From Dehalococcoidia bacterium (GTDB taxonomy: Bacteria; Chloroflexota; Dehalococcoidia; Lucifugimonadales; UBA3495): DNA of 64,000 bases. The stretch lies in the NCBI GenBank assembly GCA_965204865.1, contig OZ242027.1, positions 1,731,353-1,795,352 of the forward strand, read 5' to 3'. Every line of letters starts with the position of its first letter. Position 1 is the stretch's first letter. Positions 60,787 to 64,000 of the stretch are shown here, piece after piece. Made by a program: the position numbers and the translations under genes. Under the pieces are notes generated by a model. The model was not told the origin of the DNA. It saw only the letters and a program-made list of their open reading frames with translations, and ran no database searches.

Positions 60787-61695
60787 TCACCCTATGGCCT
60801 TGCGGCGGATGTGTTGCAGGGCCATCTGCATGTGCCACTCCATCGCGCCCAGGCCGACAACCCGGACGCCCACATCGAAGTAGCGCTTGGCTGATTCGGC
60901 CATGGCGTCGAAGTCCGGGGAGTCCAGGCCCATGTTGTACATGATGGCTGCGCCGTGCCGTTCCCCGGTCTTTACGGCATTTTCCAGCAATCGCATCACC
61001 TTGGGATCGTCGTACTTGAAGGGCACGCCGAGAATCTTGGTCACGTCGCCGGCGGCCAGCCAGACCAGCCGGATGCCCTCAATGGCGAGTATCTCGTCCA
61101 GGTCGCGCAGGCCGCCCTCGCTCTCGACGGTGGGCACCACCAGCGTCCCTTCGCGCGTCTTGGCGTTAAACTCCGGGAACTCCTCGGCGGTGTTGAAACG
61201 GCGCAGGTGAATCAGCCGGTGCCAGTCGTCGCGCAGGCCCATCAGCTCCTGCACTTCCTCCTTGGAACCGACCGATACGGTGACGGCGGTGGCCCCCAGC
61301 GCCAGGGCGCGGGCGGCATCGGACACGGTGCGGCGGTCCGTGCCGGTGGCCCAGGGGAACGCCTGCACCCGTATCAGCGGCGAGATGCCCGTGCCGCGGG
61401 CCGCCCGAATCAGGTGGGCGATGTTGTCCCAGTCGTGGGCGGTGAACATCATGTCGGCCATGAAGGCGTCCATACCCGCCACTCCGGCCACCTCCACCAT
61501 GTTCGGGTGGCTGAACACATAGGCGCATAGCGATGGCAGCCCGTTGTCCAGGTTATGAAGCAATCGGTCGGTAGCTGGGGACGGAAACAGCACGGTGCAC
61601 CTCGAAAACCTTGCGGCAGGAACATTGCCGGATAAACTGCGCGTTAGTGTAGCCCAAATCGTCCGCCTGCTCAAAGCGGCTTTCGCTGGTAACAT
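60787..61695 (-). CDS. HpcH/HpaI aldolase / citrate-lyase beta-like family protein
   Basis: VEVAGVAGMDAFMADM, PLIRVQ, VPTVESEGGLRDLDEILAIEGI, LAAGDV. N-terminal start uncertain. Confidence 0.7.
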   Translation of the reverse strand: MLPAKAALSRRTIWATLTRSLSGNVPAARFSRCTVLFPSPATDRLLHNLDNGLPSLCAYVFSHPNMVEVAGVAGMDAFMADMMFTAHDWDNIAHLIRAARGTGISPLIRVQAFPWATGTDRRTVSDAARALALGATAVTVSVGSKEEVQELMGLRDDWHRLIHLRRFNTAEEFPEFNAKTREGTLVVPTVESEGGLRDLDEILAIEGIRLVWLAAGDVTKILGVPFKYDDPKVMRLLENAVKTGERHGAAIMYNMGLDSPDFDAMAESAKRYFDVGVRVVGLGAMEWHMQMALQHIRRKAIG

Positions 61696-61742
61696 ATATC
61701 GAGCCGCCCCTGACGTAGGCGATTCTTTACTGGAGAAAACCC

Positions 61743-62441
61743 GTGCTGGATTTCAACCGTTACGAATGGATTAGTTTCGACTGCTACGGCACTCTGGTGG
61801 ATTGGGAGACCGGAATTTCGGACGCGGTGGCCACGGTCTTTGCCGCTCATGGCGTTCGCAAGAGCCGTGAGGACATCCTAGCCCTATTCTCCGAGGCGGA
61901 GCCGCAGGTACAGGCATCCGGCGAGTTCTTGGAGTACCGCCGGGTGCTGCGCGACGTGATGCAGATAATGGCCTGGGAGTCCGGCATTCGCCTTCCCGCT
62001 GCGGAGGCGGACGCGCTGGCCGATTCGCTGCCCCTCTGGCCGGTATTCCCCGACGCCCCGGGCGCCCTCGAACAGCTGCGGAGCCGATTCAAGCTGGCTG
62101 TCATTTCCAACGTGGACGATGACCTTTTTCGGCGCTCCGAGGAGGCGCTGGGAATCATGTTCAGCGCGGTGATCACGTCGCAGCAGGCGGGCTGCTACAA
62201 GCCCAACATGGACGCCTTTTACGAGGCGCAGGAGCGGCTGGGTGTCGGAGACGACATGGGCCAGTGGCTCCACGTCGGCGAGAGCTTGTACCACGACATT
62301 GGTCCCGCCAACCGATTGGGCATAGATAGCGTCTGGGTCAATCGCCCCGACCGGGGAGGCGGTTCCCGCCGCACCGATGCCGTGCCGTCTCTCGAAGTGC
62401 CTGGCCTGGCCGAATTGGCGCAGCTAATGTTCACGAAGTGA
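61743..62441 (+). CDS. HAD-superfamily hydrolase (haloacid dehalogenase type II-like)
   Basis: GTG start. ISFDCYGTLVDWE (DxYGTL), VISNVDDD, YKPNMDAF, HVGESLYHDI. Confidence 0.8.
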   Translation: MLDFNRYEWISFDCYGTLVDWETGISDAVATVFAAHGVRKSREDILALFSEAEPQVQASGEFLEYRRVLRDVMQIMAWESGIRLPAAEADALADSLPLWPVFPDAPGALEQLRSRFKLAVISNVDDDLFRRSEEALGIMFSAVITSQQAGCYKPNMDAFYEAQERLGVGDDMGQWLHVGESLYHDIGPANRLGIDSVWVNRPDRGGGSRRTDAVPSLEVPGLAELAQLMFTK

Positions 62442-62565
62442 TGAGAGCATCCGCGGTGGCTGAAAGCCTCAGCGTTTCGCACCCTTCTCCTACCCTTGTA
62501 CTATAATCGGGGCGAAAATTCGGGCCGCATGGAATCGGATGACAGAGCGGCGTCAGAGGTGAAGC

Positions 62566-63519
62566 ATGGAAACCGTTGGATTCATCGGACTTGGCAACAT
62601 GGGCGGAGGCATGGCCGGAAACATCCAGAAGGCCGGCTACCCGATGGTGGTGTTCGACCTGCGCGAGGAGGCCACCCGTCCCTTCCTGGAAGCCGGGGCC
62701 CGGCTGGGCAACTCCCCCGCCGATGTGGCCAGCCGTTGCGATGTGACGCTGACTTCGCTGCCAGGCCCGCGGGAGGTGGAGTCGGTGGCGGTGGGACCGG
62801 AGGGCATCCTGGAGGGAATCAAGCCCGGCTCCATCTACATAGACCTTTCGACCAGCCGCCCGACGCTCATACGTGAGTTGGAGGTAAAGTTCCGGGCCAA
62901 GGGCATTCACGTCCTGGATGCTCCGGTCAGCGGCGGCAAGAGCGGAGCGCAGACCCGCAATCTGGCAGTGATGGTCGGCGGCGAGCGGGAAATTTTCGAC
63001 CGGGTAAAACCCCTGCTGGACGCCTTCGGCGACAAGGTATTCTACGCAGGCGAGATAGGCGCTGGCTCCGTCGCCAAACTGGTGCACAACATGATTGGCC
63101 ACGGGGTGCGGCAGGCCATTGCCGAGGGGCTCACCCTGGGCGTCAAGGCGGGTGTGGACCCCGAACCGCTGTGGGAGTGCATCCGCCGCGGCTCCCTGGG
63201 CCGGATGAACATACTGCACGAGGGCGTGGCCCGCACCCTGTTCCGGGGCGAGTTCGAGCCGCCCAGCTTCGCCCTGGAGCTGGCCCGCAAGGACATCGGC
63301 CTCGCCACCGACCTGGGCCGCGAGTTCAATGTCCCGATGCCGGTAGCCAACCTGGCTGAGCAAATCGCCATCGAGGCTATGAACCGCGGCTGGGGCGGCC
63401 ACGACAGCTCGGTCACCTTCCGTTTGCAGGAAGAGACCTCCGGTGTCGAGGTGCGCGCACCTCACGTAGACCCGGCCCGCGCGGCCCGCTTCATCACCAC
63501 CCACCCGGACGCGGAGTAA
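62566..63519 (+). CDS. NAD(P)-dependent 3-hydroxyisobutyrate/6-phosphogluconate dehydrogenase-like oxidoreductase
   Basis: VGFIGLGNMGGGMAGNI, DAPVSGG, GAGSVAKLVHN. Confidence 0.85.
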   Translation: METVGFIGLGNMGGGMAGNIQKAGYPMVVFDLREEATRPFLEAGARLGNSPADVASRCDVTLTSLPGPREVESVAVGPEGILEGIKPGSIYIDLSTSRPTLIRELEVKFRAKGIHVLDAPVSGGKSGAQTRNLAVMVGGEREIFDRVKPLLDAFGDKVFYAGEIGAGSVAKLVHNMIGHGVRQAIAEGLTLGVKAGVDPEPLWECIRRGSLGRMNILHEGVARTLFRGEFEPPSFALELARKDIGLATDLGREFNVPMPVANLAEQIAIEAMNRGWGGHDSSVTFRLQEETSGVEVRAPHVDPARAARFITTHPDAE

Positions 63520-63618
63520 CCCGGGGTCTGTTAAACGCCGAGTGCGCCGAGACCGCCAAGAAATCTTGGCTCTGTCCGAAAATCTCCGCGGTCTCCGCGT
63601 ACTCGACGTTAAGTCTCA

Positions 63619-64000
63619 CTACCGCAGGTGGTCCAGCATCGCCAGCGGGGTGGTTGCCAGCAGGCCCGCGTCCACCGGCATCACGATGCCCGATACCCAG
63701 CGGGACTCGTCGCTGGCGAGGAAAACGGCGGCCCAGCCGATGTCCCACGCCTCGCCTTCCGTGCCCAGCGGGCCGGCCCGGCGGCGGAGGTCACGGAATT
63801 CGTCGGGCATGGCACCGGCCACCATCGGCGTGTAGATATGGCCGGGGGCGATGCAGTTGACGCGGATGTTGTCGCGTCCGTGGGTGACTGCCATGGTGGC
63901 CGTCAAGCCGATGATGCCCGACTTCGATGCGGCGTAAGGCACCGCCGCGCCCCCGCTGCCCGCCCGGATGCCAGCGATGGAGGAGACGTTGATAAACGAG
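63619..64000 (-). CDS. SDR family oxidoreductase, 3' portion (5' end beyond the window)
   Basis: YAASKSGIIGLT (YxxxK), IRVNCIAPG, SGIVMPVDAG. The reading frame stays open to the window edge. Confidence 0.8.
   Translation of the reverse strand, partial: SFINVSSIAGIRAGSGGAAVPYAASKSGIIGLTATMAVTHGRDNIRVNCIAPGHIYTPMVAGAMPDEFRDLRRRAGPLGTEGEAWDIGWAAVFLASDESRWVSGIVMPVDAGLLATTPLAMLDHLR

Overview
High-GC bacterial window. The gene content (luciferase-like monooxygenase, CoxL-type Mo-hydroxylase, SMP-30, acyl-CoA synthetases and SDRs, PT-rich lipoprotein linkers) resembles Chloroflexota/SAR202-type genomes, but taxonomy cannot be established from the sequence alone. The window has two parts. (1) 1 to ~20.3 kb is an accessory mosaic. 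It holds a complete IS21-family element (151-2450, 4-bp TSD), a racemase-family pseudogene, a PD-(D/E)XK nuclease, a class-II-like Fic protein and two nucleotide-sugar genes. It also holds a translationally coupled minus-strand operon: GT4 glycosyltransferase, radical SAM with a Cys-rich C-terminus, a WG-repeat::O-methyltransferase fusion and a histidine phosphatase. A prokaryotic viperin (pVip) follows 104 bp downstream, and its conserved C-terminal extension is displaced by a 1-nt frameshift. Next come an IS5-family pseudogene, an XRE regulator running into a decayed IS3 copy, and a tyrosine integrase beside a tRNA/tmRNA-like 3' fragment, which is a probable island junction. (2) ~20.5-64 kb is mostly core metabolism: FAD oxidase, cysteine desulfurase, aminopeptidase C, agmatinase-family enzyme, SDRs, nitroreductase, LLM oxidoreductase, Mo-hydroxylase, SMP-30, hydratase and two acyl-CoA synthetases. 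It also carries a BMP-type ABC transporter with two tautomerase-fold genes inside it and a purS-purC-purB-purE-purD-guaA string with non-pur insertions. Further genes encode an EVE-domain protein, a SagB-type dehydrogenase and a GH99-like lipoprotein split by an IS3 element (3-bp TSD) whose orfB has a perfect 69-bp in-frame tandem duplication. Two families of REP-like hairpin repeats sit in short intergenic spacers, and one copy lies in frame inside an acyl-CoA synthetase gene. The strongest candidate for something new is the pVip-plus-tailoring-enzyme locus (about 7.7-16 kb). No intact tRNA, rRNA or CRISPR array was seen.
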